A DNA stretch of 43,708 nucleotides from Promethearchaeota archaeon (GCA_011364925.1 RDOA01000028.1:1-43708); one strand, 5' to 3'; numbered from the stretch's first letter, positions 1 through 9,240 are shown. The notes: generated by a model not told the origin, from the letters alone. Numbers and translations are program-made.

Positions 1-141
1 TTCCGTATTTTCTGGCAAAATCGCAAATTTGGGAACATTAAAGAGTGTTTCAAAAATTTTAACTTGTTTTTCAATATCTTTATACACAAATCCCAATTGA
101 TCAACTTTTAAACTGCCTAAATCAATCTTAAATTCTTCCAT
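1..141 (-). CDS. VOC/glyoxalase (methylmalonyl-CoA epimerase-like) family protein, 5' part only (runs off the window)
   Basis: Translated by hand from ATG at 141: MEEFKIDLGSLKVDQLGFVYKDIEKQVKIFETLFNVPKF...; 'DQLGFVYKDIEK...F' fits the VOC N-terminal 'xQxGxVVxDxE' pattern. Not in the ORF track. Confidence 0.7.
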   Translation of the reverse strand, partial: MEEFKIDLGSLKVDQLGFVYKDIEKQVKIFETLFNVPKFAILPENTE

Positions 142-208
142 AATTAATTTTCTTTAGAAAAACATATAAAAATTTCTAGTCAGAATTGTCTCATAAAGAA
201 TTTATTTT

Positions 209-1249
209 CTAATTTTCCTTCCCGTAACGTTTTGATAAATACTCCTCTATCAAATGTAGGTTTTCTCCAGAAAGGGCATTAATTAAAAAACACTCACTTT
301 CCTTGATCTTCAATTGATCTCTAAGAAATTCAATTTCAATTTCACTGGCTAAATCCATTTTATTGAATATAATAACAATATCAATTTTTCCTTCCCTTGT
401 GAAATTATTTTTAACTTCATGATATAAATCTAGTTGAGATTCAATTGAATAACCACAAGCGGGAGTTGGATCAAATATAAAAATAATAAGGTCTGAAATT
501 AATCGTAAAGCTAAAATTGCTTGAAGTTCTATATTGTTCCTTTTAGCCATCGGGCGGTCCAATATGCCAGGAGTATCGAGAAATTGAATTTTGATCTTCT
601 CAAATTGTTTTTCGACATCAAAATGTCCCATTATAAGCTTTTTGGTGGTAAACGGGTATTCTTGAACTTCAATTTTCTTATTAGTGGAAATTTGCCTTAC
701 GAAACTACTTTTGCCTACATTAGGATATCCCGCAACCACAATACAATGCAATGTATCATCAATCGAGGGTATCTCTCTTAATCTTCCCCTAACACTGTTT
801 AAATACTCAAGGCTTTCTCTCTGTTTGCCTATTATCGAAGAGATTCGACCAAAAGCAGACCTTCTTATTCGATCTGCGTCTTTTGGAGCTTCAATTTGGC
901 TTAACTTTTTTGAATATTCTCTTTCTAATTTGCTAAGGATTGGTAGAATCCCGTTAAGTTTACCGAGGTTAAGTCTTAACTCGTCAACATCTACCAATAA
1001 AGAAGCGAGTTCTCTATAAAAGTCGGGAAGGTCGTTAATGACAGGCACGCTTTTAATAATTGTTAAAACTTTTTCGACTAACTCATCAATAGCTACTTTA
1101 ATTCTTTTGAGTTCCTTTTTCTTTGCTTTTAATAATATAGGGGCGTTCTTTGAAACTTGAGCGCTACTTTTCATAGCTCTACCGAACGCAATATCTAAAA
1201 GCTCTTTAGAATCTGGTACGTGATAAAAAGACGAAAAAGGATTCTTCAT
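209..1249 (-). CDS. NOG1-family (Obg-like) ribosome biogenesis GTPase
   Basis: GYPNVGKSS (G1), YPFTTK (G2), DTPGILDRP...RNNIELQA (G3, NOG1 signature), NKMD (G4); N-terminal helical region with FY.EL and AFGRISS. Confidence 0.93.
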   Translation of the reverse strand: MKNPFSSFYHVPDSKELLDIAFGRAMKSSAQVSKNAPILLKAKKKELKRIKVAIDELVEKVLTIIKSVPVINDLPDFYRELASLLVDVDELRLNLGKLNGILPILSKLEREYSKKLSQIEAPKDADRIRRSAFGRISSIIGKQRESLEYLNSVRGRLREIPSIDDTLHCIVVAGYPNVGKSSFVRQISTNKKIEVQEYPFTTKKLIMGHFDVEKQFEKIKIQFLDTPGILDRPMAKRNNIELQAILALRLISDLIIFIFDPTPACGYSIESQLDLYHEVKNNFTREGKIDIVIIFNKMDLASEIEIEFLRDQLKIKESECFLINALSGENLHLIEEYLSKRYGKEN

Positions 1250-1298
1250 GTGATCTCGTGAACTTATATTGATATTAAAAAAAAAGAAGCGTAAAATA

Positions 1299-2651
1299 TT
1301 ACACTTTCCCTTTTAATTCTGAAATCTTTTCTTTTGTATTTGAAATTTCCTCCGATAAATCAATAGCTTCTGTAGGAATAGAATTATACAATGAGAGGAT
1401 ATATTCGTACCTCGCTAAAGCTCTTGCGATATTGATACTGGATTCTTCCTTATCAGCTTTAGCGCGAATAAGCTCAATTTTATCTAGAGTGTTTTTAATT
1501 TCAGGGGTTACTGCTTGTTTTCTCTCTAGTTGTTTTGCTTGAACTTTTTCTTTTTCGGATAAAACATCTGAAACTCGTCTTTGAAAGTCTTGTTCTTCTT
1601 TAACCCGAGTATATGTTGCCTGTTTTAACTTAATTTCTTCTTCCCTCTTGTAACCATCGATATTCCGTAGTTCTTTCTGAAGAATAGTAATTTGATCATG
1701 CCACCCAAGTTGAGTAAAAAGTTGAATTGCTTGGGAGTAGAAAGCTTTTGCGGCATCGTAATCTTTTTGTTTTAGCTTTTGATTACCCACTTTTAGTAGT
1801 TCTTGACCTTTATTAATTAATTCTTCCTCTTTTCTTCTCTGTTCTTTTAATATATGAAGTTTTTCTTGTTTTTCCCTAATTTTAATTTTTTGTTGTTCTT
1901 GTTGCTCTTTTACAAATGAATTGGTTTGATTTCTTAATCTTGCTTCCTTTTGTTCACTTACTTTCATTTGTTCAAATAATTTATGGGAGGTTATTGCAGA
2001 TTTCCCAGTTTTATTTGATTCTGGTCCCGTAAATTCTTGAGGGGCACTTTTCACGCCCAAACCCTTTTGAATTTTTTCGCGTCTTTTTTCAGCGGAAGCT
2101 AAAGCCACAATATCTCTTAGATTAAGTGGAATTCCTTTAGATTTTCGTAGCTGCGCTCCTCTTTGATAATCCCTAATCTCATTTAGCTGCCATAATATTT
2201 GTTTACATTCATAATCATAATTAAGGTGCTTGAAAATGCTATGTGCCTCGTTATAAAATTTTATAGATTCGTCGTAATTGTCTTTGAGAGCTAGATCTCT
2301 GGCTTTTTCTAATATTTGATACCCATTCGCCTCAGATATAGATGTATCTTTTGTTTTTAGTTCCTTAAGTTTATCAAGACCTGCTTTAAATTGTGTAGGT
2401 TCCTCAACAGCATGCTCAGTTTCTTGAGTTGGAGCTAAAGCTATGTTTCCTGAAGGTACTAGATTTTTAAGCCGTACAATTTCCTTTATAACTATTGAAA
2501 CTTGTCCATCTAAACCAACTTTTGTATAGATATCTTTTGCTTTCATTAAAGCTTGAATCGCTGAACTATACTTTTTATCTCTTGCAGCGATTTTTGATTG
2601 ATGCTCTAACTCTGCTGCTTCTTTTAACAATTCTTCATCTCGATTTAACAT
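1299..2651 (-). CDS. TPR/MIT-like helical repeat and coiled-coil protein
   Basis: Four helical units of the type A...A..K.Y..A...Y..A..IF..L separated by charged linkers. Start placed at ATG 2651 because the track's TTG at 2717 lies in the divergent promoter region. Confidence 0.7.
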   Translation of the reverse strand: MLNRDEELLKEAAELEHQSKIAARDKKYSSAIQALMKAKDIYTKVGLDGQVSIVIKEIVRLKNLVPSGNIALAPTQETEHAVEEPTQFKAGLDKLKELKTKDTSISEANGYQILEKARDLALKDNYDESIKFYNEAHSIFKHLNYDYECKQILWQLNEIRDYQRGAQLRKSKGIPLNLRDIVALASAEKRREKIQKGLGVKSAPQEFTGPESNKTGKSAITSHKLFEQMKVSEQKEARLRNQTNSFVKEQQEQQKIKIREKQEKLHILKEQRRKEEELINKGQELLKVGNQKLKQKDYDAAKAFYSQAIQLFTQLGWHDQITILQKELRNIDGYKREEEIKLKQATYTRVKEEQDFQRRVSDVLSEKEKVQAKQLERKQAVTPEIKNTLDKIELIRAKADKEESSINIARALARYEYILSLYNSIPTEAIDLSEEISNTKEKISELKGKV

Positions 2652-2765
2652 AATTTGAACAACAGATTCTTTCTTGATATTATAATAATTCTTAACAAAT
2701 TCAATAAAATTATTCAATACTCACTCATTGTAGAAGTTAAAAATATAATATAAACACGAATTAAT

Positions 2766-3860
2766 ATGTCTTCGGATAAAATTAAGATTGGAATTTTAGG
2801 AGCAACTGGAGTAGTAGGCCAAAATTATATTAAACTTTTGGTGGAGCATCCGTGGTTTGAAATTGTTGATGTTGCAGCATCACCCCGATCCGCAGGAAAA
2901 CCTTATAAAGAGGCTGTGACGGGAAGATGGCGTATGCCAATAGAAATCCCTAGGAATGTAGAAAATTTAATTGTAAGGGATGTACAAGATTTTGCATCGC
3001 TTAAATCAAATGTAAGTTTTGTGTTTTCTGCTATGGATTTACCAAAAAAAGAAGACACAAAAGCAATCGAATTTAAGTACGCAGAAAACGGTATCCCTGT
3101 AATAAGTAATAGTTCAGCAAATCGATGGACTCCTGATGTACCAATGATTATTCCTGAAATTAACCATAACCATATAGATGTGATACCCATACAACAAAAA
3201 AACAGAGGATTTTCTAGAGGGTTTGTCACAGTTAAACCCAATTGTTCTATTCAAAGTTATATGACTCCTATTTACGCTCTTGAAAAGAGCGGTTATAAAG
3301 TAGATAAAGTGATTGTCACCACCCTTCAAGCGGTTTCTGGGGCCGGATACCCGGGAGTGCCCTCTTTAGATGTAGTTGACAATATAGTGCCGTATATAGG
3401 TGGTGAAGAAAAAAAATCCGAGGAGGAACCTTTAAAGATTCTAGGGAAAGTTGGAGAAAAGGGAATAATCAATGACGATTCAATTCAAATAAGTGCAACT
3501 TGTACCAGAGTTTCCGTTTCAGACGGTCATACGGCGTGTGTTAATATTAAGTTTAAAGACAAAATTCCCAATAAAGAAGATATTATTAAAATTTGGAATG
3601 AATTCACATCAATTCCTCAAAAGTTAAATTTGCCCTTTGCACCTAAGCGACCCATTATTTATTTAGATAACGATGATCGTCCACAACCTAGTAAAGATAG
3701 AGACAACGATAAAGGAATGGCAGTTACTATTGGTCGATTAAGAAAGGATAATGTTTTTGATTACAAATTCGTAGCGTTAAGTCATAACACAATCAGAGGT
3801 GCTGCGGGAGGGGCAATCTTAAACGCTGAATTGCTAAAAATAAAAGGTTTCTTAAATTAG
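2766..3860 (+). CDS. asd: Aspartate-semialdehyde dehydrogenase (archaeal/fungal type)
   Basis: ILGATGVVGQ, SNSSANR, KPNCS (catalytic Cys), QAVSGAGYPG, EEKKSEEE, RV...DGH, SHNTIRGAAG. Confidence 0.97.
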   Translation: MSSDKIKIGILGATGVVGQNYIKLLVEHPWFEIVDVAASPRSAGKPYKEAVTGRWRMPIEIPRNVENLIVRDVQDFASLKSNVSFVFSAMDLPKKEDTKAIEFKYAENGIPVISNSSANRWTPDVPMIIPEINHNHIDVIPIQQKNRGFSRGFVTVKPNCSIQSYMTPIYALEKSGYKVDKVIVTTLQAVSGAGYPGVPSLDVVDNIVPYIGGEEKKSEEEPLKILGKVGEKGIINDDSIQISATCTRVSVSDGHTACVNIKFKDKIPNKEDIIKIWNEFTSIPQKLNLPFAPKRPIIYLDNDDRPQPSKDRDNDKGMAVTIGRLRKDNVFDYKFVALSHNTIRGAAGGAILNAELLKIKGFLN

Positions 3861-3869
3861 CTTTTCGGT

Positions 3870-5414
3870 TTAAAATTCGTGCCTATCTATAACGATCGAC
3901 AGCACTTCTCTTAAAAAAGAGAAACTGTTTTTCTTTTTTAACAAAATATACGGAGGGATTTCTGGATACATCCTGAAAAACCGAGGATTTTTAAGCTTTT
4001 TAATAATTTTTAAGAGAGAAAATATCGATATTTTGTGAAAGTTAAATAACAAATCGTTTAGAATTGACTTAATGAGGTCTATATCCACCATTAGAACATG
4101 AGAGATATAGCTATAATAATCAGAAATTGTTAATCTAACCGATTCTAAGGATTGAACATCTATTTTTGTTCTAATCTCTTGTTTATTAACATAGTTAAAT
4201 TCTATTATCGAGCCATTTTCAACTCTAATGAGGAAAATCTTGGTAGCAAGATCTTTATTTTTATCAGTTAAAATCAATAATAAACTAGCGTTTAATCCTA
4301 AAAAAGTGGCACATATGTCGAATAAAAATTCAGGTATTGCCCAGTGTGATATTTTTTTTAGATTTAAGTTCATTCCTAATAGACGAATTAGAAATCTAAG
4401 TAAAAAGTTGTTAATTTTTGGTTTAGGATACATGTTCCAGTTTATATCGTAAGTTCTTATACCGTATAATGCCTTCTGAAGCAAAATTTTCAACTTTTCG
4501 GTGGTTGCAGGTACTTCTGTTTCAAATAATTCTATTAAGAATGTAAGAATTGGATATATATTAAAATTGAAAATTCTATCAACATTGAAATCGGTTTGAA
4601 TTTGTTTGCGATTAAATGTTAACAATTCATTGTTTAATTTATACTTTTCAGCATCCAGCAAGAAAAAGTTTACTTCCATTTCGGAGTTGTTAAAATCTTT
4701 GTTCTCATGCTTAATTTTAATACCAAATGGCAGATATACAGAATTTAATATTAATAATACGTTCATCGAAGGGATTAAATTGAAAAAGGATGTAATAACT
4801 TTAGACAATTGAAGCCCATTAAGAAACTCAACACAATCCTTAACAAATCCTAGAAAATTAGGTTGAGGATAAATAAAGAATAAATTATCTTTAAGAAAAA
4901 TCTGAATTAAATTTATAAGGTTTACCAGTGATTCTGATATTGAAATCTTGGTTAATCTTTCGGAATAACTATTGATCAAATCAATTCCTCTTTTTCGTAT
5001 CAGTCTCGAGCAGGATATCTTAATTCCATGCTCTTTTAAGATAAATGCTTGAAGTTTATTAAATAGAGTCTTCAAATCACTCGTTTCCTTTTGTTTAATT
5101 ACAATGGAATCTGGTGGTATTACCTTTAGAGCACGATGGATTCCTGGTTTTGTTGTTTCGTATAAATAAAGTCCAAATACAATATTATCAAGCTCATAAT
5201 CTGAGACAATTATATCAAGAATATGTTGTTGATCGTTAACAAATTTAGGATATAGCAATTCAAAAAGCGTGTATAAAAGAAAAGCATCAATTTCGATTGG
5301 AGTTAAAGGAATTCTTACTGATTCTTTTATTTCTTCCGGTTTAGAGACCAGATCAACATTTGAGTTGAATTTTATAATTTTAAACCAGTTATCTTTGAAT
5401 TTTTCGTTAATTAT
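3870..5414 (-). CDS. Hypothetical protein (514 aa if started at ATA 5414; 462 aa from TTG 5258)
   Basis: Long ORF with no recognised motif. The frame stays open 52 codons upstream of the track's TTG, to an ATA overlapping the upstream gene's TAA and preceded by GGGGTGAGGA. Confidence 0.65.
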   Translation of the reverse strand: MINEKFKDNWFKIIKFNSNVDLVSKPEEIKESVRIPLTPIEIDAFLLYTLFELLYPKFVNDQQHILDIIVSDYELDNIVFGLYLYETTKPGIHRALKVIPPDSIVIKQKETSDLKTLFNKLQAFILKEHGIKISCSRLIRKRGIDLINSYSERLTKISISESLVNLINLIQIFLKDNLFFIYPQPNFLGFVKDCVEFLNGLQLSKVITSFFNLIPSMNVLLILNSVYLPFGIKIKHENKDFNNSEMEVNFFLLDAEKYKLNNELLTFNRKQIQTDFNVDRIFNFNIYPILTFLIELFETEVPATTEKLKILLQKALYGIRTYDINWNMYPKPKINNFLLRFLIRLLGMNLNLKKISHWAIPEFLFDICATFLGLNASLLLILTDKNKDLATKIFLIRVENGSIIEFNYVNKQEIRTKIDVQSLESVRLTISDYYSYISHVLMVDIDLIKSILNDLLFNFHKISIFSLLKIIKKLKNPRFFRMYPEIPPYILLKKKNSFSFLREVLSIVIDRHEF

Positions 5415-6835
5415 TGTTCCTCACCCCTATAGGTTGTAGATTTCGAAGGTGGTTTGTAATATGTTTTCATTAGGTCAGCATAAAAAGATAAAAATGGTGT
5501 TTGAGATTTCCCGTAATATCGCTGAATTGAGAGTAGACTTAGATTCAGATCTGGAGGACACCCTGGAAGTTCGAGAATCGCTTTATTTTTTCTTTCTTTT
5601 ATTTTTTGTCTTTTTGAAGCTTTATAATCTTTTTTCATCCTTTCCTTAACGCTCTCAATATAGTTTCTATCACTTGATGTACGAATAATCCTAAATCCCC
5701 GATTTTTGGTACTTTCTATAGCGCAATCTCCAAAAATAATAATCTGATCATATGGATTAGGCTCTGGAGGATTTTCCCCGACTAAAAACTGTTGCCTTTT
5801 AATGTATTTTAAATCTTTCGTCATATGAGTTTTGAAACTATTCAGCAAATAATATGCTTCTCTGTGGCATCCAGAACATATTCGCCCAGCGTTGATTGCA
5901 GTGTTTTTTATTGAAATGTCGTCTAACTTATCTACAGAGAATTTAACATTCAAATTTATATTAGTTTCACTTTCACCAACCGTTTTAATTTTCGATAGAT
6001 CTGTTATACCTAAATTTCTCCTCCGAGCTTCTAAAATAATGTCACTACTTAAAGGATCAATACCAACTAAACTTAAAGTGATAAAATCTACCGCTATTGC
6101 GTCTCGCCCAATGATATGTAATCCAGTAAAAATTAAATTAGAATCTTTGTATACATATGGCCCCGCACTTTCTAAAAAATAAAACATATCGTTAATAACT
6201 AGAGCTGGTTTTTTAATGCTATAAATATCTAAGATGTTTGAAACTAAGTCTTGTTTGTATTGATCCTGTAATAAATAATTATTTCTATTAGAATTTGCTT
6301 TTTTAATTCTTTGATAATGAGTCGGTACTAATGAATATGAATTTAAAACAGATAACGTAATTCTAAAAACTGGATCTACACTAACCTGGTTAAATAATAT
6401 CAATTTGTCTGAATTAAGTACTATTTTAGGAATCTTTACTATGCGGTCCTTAAGTTTATAGTCTTCTAAAGGGTACTTTTCCTGATCTTCAAAAAATACT
6501 AGTTCTGCTCCAAGGTTTCTAAAATAGGCTTGAATCCCTATTATCGAAGCAATTGTTTGAGCTTTTGTGCCATTGACAGGGAAATTACCAATGAACACTT
6601 GTTTCGCTCCAGCTTCTTTACATAAAACGATGAGATCTCTTAAGGACTCAAAATTAACATTTGCTGGAAATCCATAAGGCATTCGTAGGTTAATGTTAAT
6701 GAAAATTTGATCTCCACTTTCTATGAATGATGAGATTCCGCCTAATTGTTCCATTCCTTTATTGAAGGACTTACTAGGCTTTGTACTTTTGATTATTGCA
6801 ACTTCAGTACTAATTAATTTAGAGTTCTCTATCAT
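5411..6835 (-). CDS. DUF362-family protein with C-terminal Fe-S-type Cys motifs
   Basis: LGGISSFIESGDQIFININL (cf. LGG...GD.V..KPN), AGAKQVFIG, DAIAVD...GIDP...ARRRNLG; C-terminal CSGC, GDCA, LPGCPP. Confidence 0.82.
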   Translation of the reverse strand: MIENSKLISTEVAIIKSTKPSKSFNKGMEQLGGISSFIESGDQIFININLRMPYGFPANVNFESLRDLIVLCKEAGAKQVFIGNFPVNGTKAQTIASIIGIQAYFRNLGAELVFFEDQEKYPLEDYKLKDRIVKIPKIVLNSDKLILFNQVSVDPVFRITLSVLNSYSLVPTHYQRIKKANSNRNNYLLQDQYKQDLVSNILDIYSIKKPALVINDMFYFLESAGPYVYKDSNLIFTGLHIIGRDAIAVDFITLSLVGIDPLSSDIILEARRRNLGITDLSKIKTVGESETNINLNVKFSVDKLDDISIKNTAINAGRICSGCHREAYYLLNSFKTHMTKDLKYIKRQQFLVGENPPEPNPYDQIIIFGDCAIESTKNRGFRIIRTSSDRNYIESVKERMKKDYKASKRQKIKERKNKAILELPGCPPDLNLSLLSIQRYYGKSQTPFLSFYADLMKTYYKPPSKSTTYRGEEQ

Positions 6836-6888
6836 TACAAAGTATTAAAATTAAAGAATCAAATAAATCTTTATTAAAATAAATCGAG

Positions 6889-7794
6889 TTGTTAAAAATT
6901 TCTACGCAAAAAACAGTTAAAATTGAATTAGATGATCTGGTAGATAAATTCTCACCTGATATCGTAGGAATAGATATCGGTCAAAGCTTAACGAAAATAG
7001 CCTACTCGAAAAAGAATGAGGTCATCCTAACATTATACCAGACAGATTCTAATTTTATGTATATAAATGAATTTTTAGAAAAAAATAAAGACCTTTATAA
7101 AACGATAAATTTTACTGGCGGAAAGGCGTTTATTCCCTATACAAAATATTCAAGCAATTTTAAAACAAATTTAATTAATGAATTTGAAGCAAATATAGCA
7201 GGACTTGAATTTTTATACAAAATTACGAAAAGTAAACCGCTACCTGCTTCAATTGTAGTTACGTTAGGAACAGGCACTTCTGTAGTTTTAAAAGCCGATG
7301 TTACGAAACATCTTGGTGGTTCTGCAATGGGAGGAGGATTTTTCATGGGTTTAATCCGATTAATTTTTCACCAATCAAGAATAGATTATTCAAATGCAAT
7401 TGATTTAGCTAAAACAGGAAACAGATATCAAGTTGATTTAAAAGTAGCTGATATTTACAATATTGAAGACAAAAGAGTGGATAAGCTATTTAGGGAATTT
7501 ACAGCAGCTTCACTTGGTAAGATTACCAAGAATATCAATGCTGAAGATGTTAAAAAAGAACACGTTATCGCCTCGTTAATTGGAATTATTGGAGAGAATA
7601 TAGGAACAATGGCAACTCTAATGGCAAAGCTCCATGATGTGAGGAATGTCATATTCTGTGGAGGATTTCTCGTTGAAAACAAACCATTAAAACAGACGTT
7701 ATCTTTAGTATGCAAATATAACGGAATTAAACCAATTTTTTTAGAAAATTCTGTCTTTGCGGGATCAATAGGTGCACTAAGTTTTAAGAATTAA
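6889..7794 (+). CDS. coaW: Type II pantothenate kinase (Fumble/CoaW family)
   Basis: GIDIGQSLTK, FTGGKA, NEFEA, LGTGTS, LGGSAMGGGFFMGL, GNRYQVDLKVADIY, AASLGK, FCGGFL. Confidence 0.88.
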   Translation: MLKISTQKTVKIELDDLVDKFSPDIVGIDIGQSLTKIAYSKKNEVILTLYQTDSNFMYINEFLEKNKDLYKTINFTGGKAFIPYTKYSSNFKTNLINEFEANIAGLEFLYKITKSKPLPASIVVTLGTGTSVVLKADVTKHLGGSAMGGGFFMGLIRLIFHQSRIDYSNAIDLAKTGNRYQVDLKVADIYNIEDKRVDKLFREFTAASLGKITKNINAEDVKKEHVIASLIGIIGENIGTMATLMAKLHDVRNVIFCGGFLVENKPLKQTLSLVCKYNGIKPIFLENSVFAGSIGALSFKN

Positions 7795-7796
7795 GC

Positions 7797-7896
7797 AAAA
7801 AAATCTTGATCAAAATAAAGCGTGCCCATGGGAGATATCTATTCATAGAAATTTTAAAATAAAACTACTCTCATAGATACACTATAATGGGCACAT
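7797..7896 (-). ncRNA. Candidate small structured RNA (about 100 nt)
   Basis: 73-nt imperfect hairpin at 7822-7894 (outer stem GTGCCCAT/ATGGGCAC, inner TATCTAT/ATAGATA); TATA-like ATATAAAA about 25 nt upstream on the minus strand (7925-7918); T7 tract at 7803-7797. Confidence 0.35.
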
Positions 7897-7969
7897 GAAT
7901 TGTACAGTAAGAATAACTTTTATATCTTAAACCAAAATAAATTTGAAAGTTAATTATAAAAAAAAGAAC

Positions 7970-8617
7970 CTAAATAGTTTCTGAATGCTTTTTTAGCATA
8001 TCAGTGTTTGTTCTCCCCATTTTTATTGCTAATTCCGCTATAATGGCATCTAAATATACAAATGCTGCAATCTCAAACATTGTGCCTTCAGGTGTAAGGA
8101 TTGCTGTATCGTCATGAAGATCGACTTGATCCCTTTTAGATCTACCTTTTAGTTTTATAGTAATATCCCCAACTCTCCCTATTATGGTTTCGGGGTGAGA
8201 TGTTATAGAAACGATCCCAAAAGGCTTCGCGGTATTAACATAATTTTTAAGCAAGCTCACAACAATTGATGTTGTACCAGACCCTGAAAGGACAATCAGT
8301 ATATCCTCGTTTGAAAGCGCAGGTATAGAACCAAGGTTAGTAACCATATAAACATCCGCACCTAAATGAACCAATCTAGTAGCAAAGCACTGTAAAATGA
8401 AAGCCGAACGCCCACTGGCTAATAGGAAAAACTTACGCTTTTTAATTAAACCATCGTAAACTAAATCTATGAATTTTCTAGTGTGTTCGAAATGTTTAAT
8501 TTTGCTCAGGTGTTCCATGTTTGCTTGGAGATTTTGCAGCATGACATCCATTGATTGGAATAAAATCTGTCTTTCTTTTCCATTTAGTCGTTGTTCATTA
8601 CTAACTTTATCAGCCAT
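7970..8617 (-). CDS. hxlB: 6-phospho-3-hexuloisomerase (SIS domain)
   Basis: SGRS...FATRLVHLG, DILIVLSGSGTT, ITSHPE, TPEGTMFE...YLDAII..L, terminal H. Confidence 0.88.
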   Translation of the reverse strand: MADKVSNEQRLNGKERQILFQSMDVMLQNLQANMEHLSKIKHFEHTRKFIDLVYDGLIKKRKFFLLASGRSAFILQCFATRLVHLGADVYMVTNLGSIPALSNEDILIVLSGSGTTSIVVSLLKNYVNTAKPFGIVSITSHPETIIGRVGDITIKLKGRSKRDQVDLHDDTAILTPEGTMFEIAAFVYLDAIIAELAIKMGRTNTDMLKKHSETI

Positions 8618-8894
8618 TTTTATTCAAATTGCATTAATTTTGAGTATATGTAATATAAGTTAACTTCTAAAAAATACATTTTGGTAAGTAGTACTTCTTT
8701 TTAAACTCTTTTAAAGTCAGTATATCAATGGATTAATCTAGGTATAAGATGAAAAAGATAGTTTTATTGAAGCATTTTGAAACTAGCGAACGAATAATAA
8801 ATTGGTTTAGTAATTTCTAAATATCTTTAAGCAATAAAATCAAAATATAAAAAAAAGATAAAATATGATTAGAGCTCTAAACAAGAATTTCTCT

Positions 8895-9113
8895 CTATTT
8901 ATATTTAATGGAAAGCAAGAGATCGTTCTTTGTTATTTTCTTTCTGTTAGCGTGCATGGTAAAAGCTCGAGCTTGTTCCGTTAAACCTGAAGCAGTCTTT
9001 TCAAGATGGTCAATTAAAAGATCTACTGCGTTTCTTGCTACGATGCTAGCACCCTGTTGTTTCATGAGTCTCCTGATAGGTGACCATGCAAAACTATGTT
9101 TCTTTTTAGCCAT
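8895..9113 (-). CDS. Archaeal histone (HMf-like fold)
   Basis: 72 aa; SPIRRLMK..GA..VA..AV..L...LE......A...HANRKKI...DL.. Confidence 0.95.
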   Translation of the reverse strand: MAKKKHSFAWSPIRRLMKQQGASIVARNAVDLLIDHLEKTASGLTEQARAFTMHANRKKITKNDLLLSIKYK

Positions 9114-9198
9114 TTTTTATTCCTCCACTATTAGGGTTTTTTAAAGTTTTTATTTTTTATTTTTTTTGTAATAATTATTAAAGGTTCTTAGATAGTAA

Positions 9199-9240
9199 TA
9201 TATCCGAAGAGTTATTTAAATATTTTGTTATATCTGAAGA
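9199..9240. promoter_or_regulatory. Direct repeat TATATCYGAAGA x2 with a 30-bp period upstream of the histone gene
   Basis: tatatccgaaga (9199-9210) and tatatctgaaga (9229-9240) flanking TTATTTAAATA. Confidence 0.4.

Noticed and set aside
7822-7894. Hairpin with AUGA...GA as a eukaryote-like SECIS element
   Set aside because: It has no apical AAR and no internal loop below the GA pairs, and neither flanking gene has an in-frame UGA. Kept only as a generic sRNA candidate.
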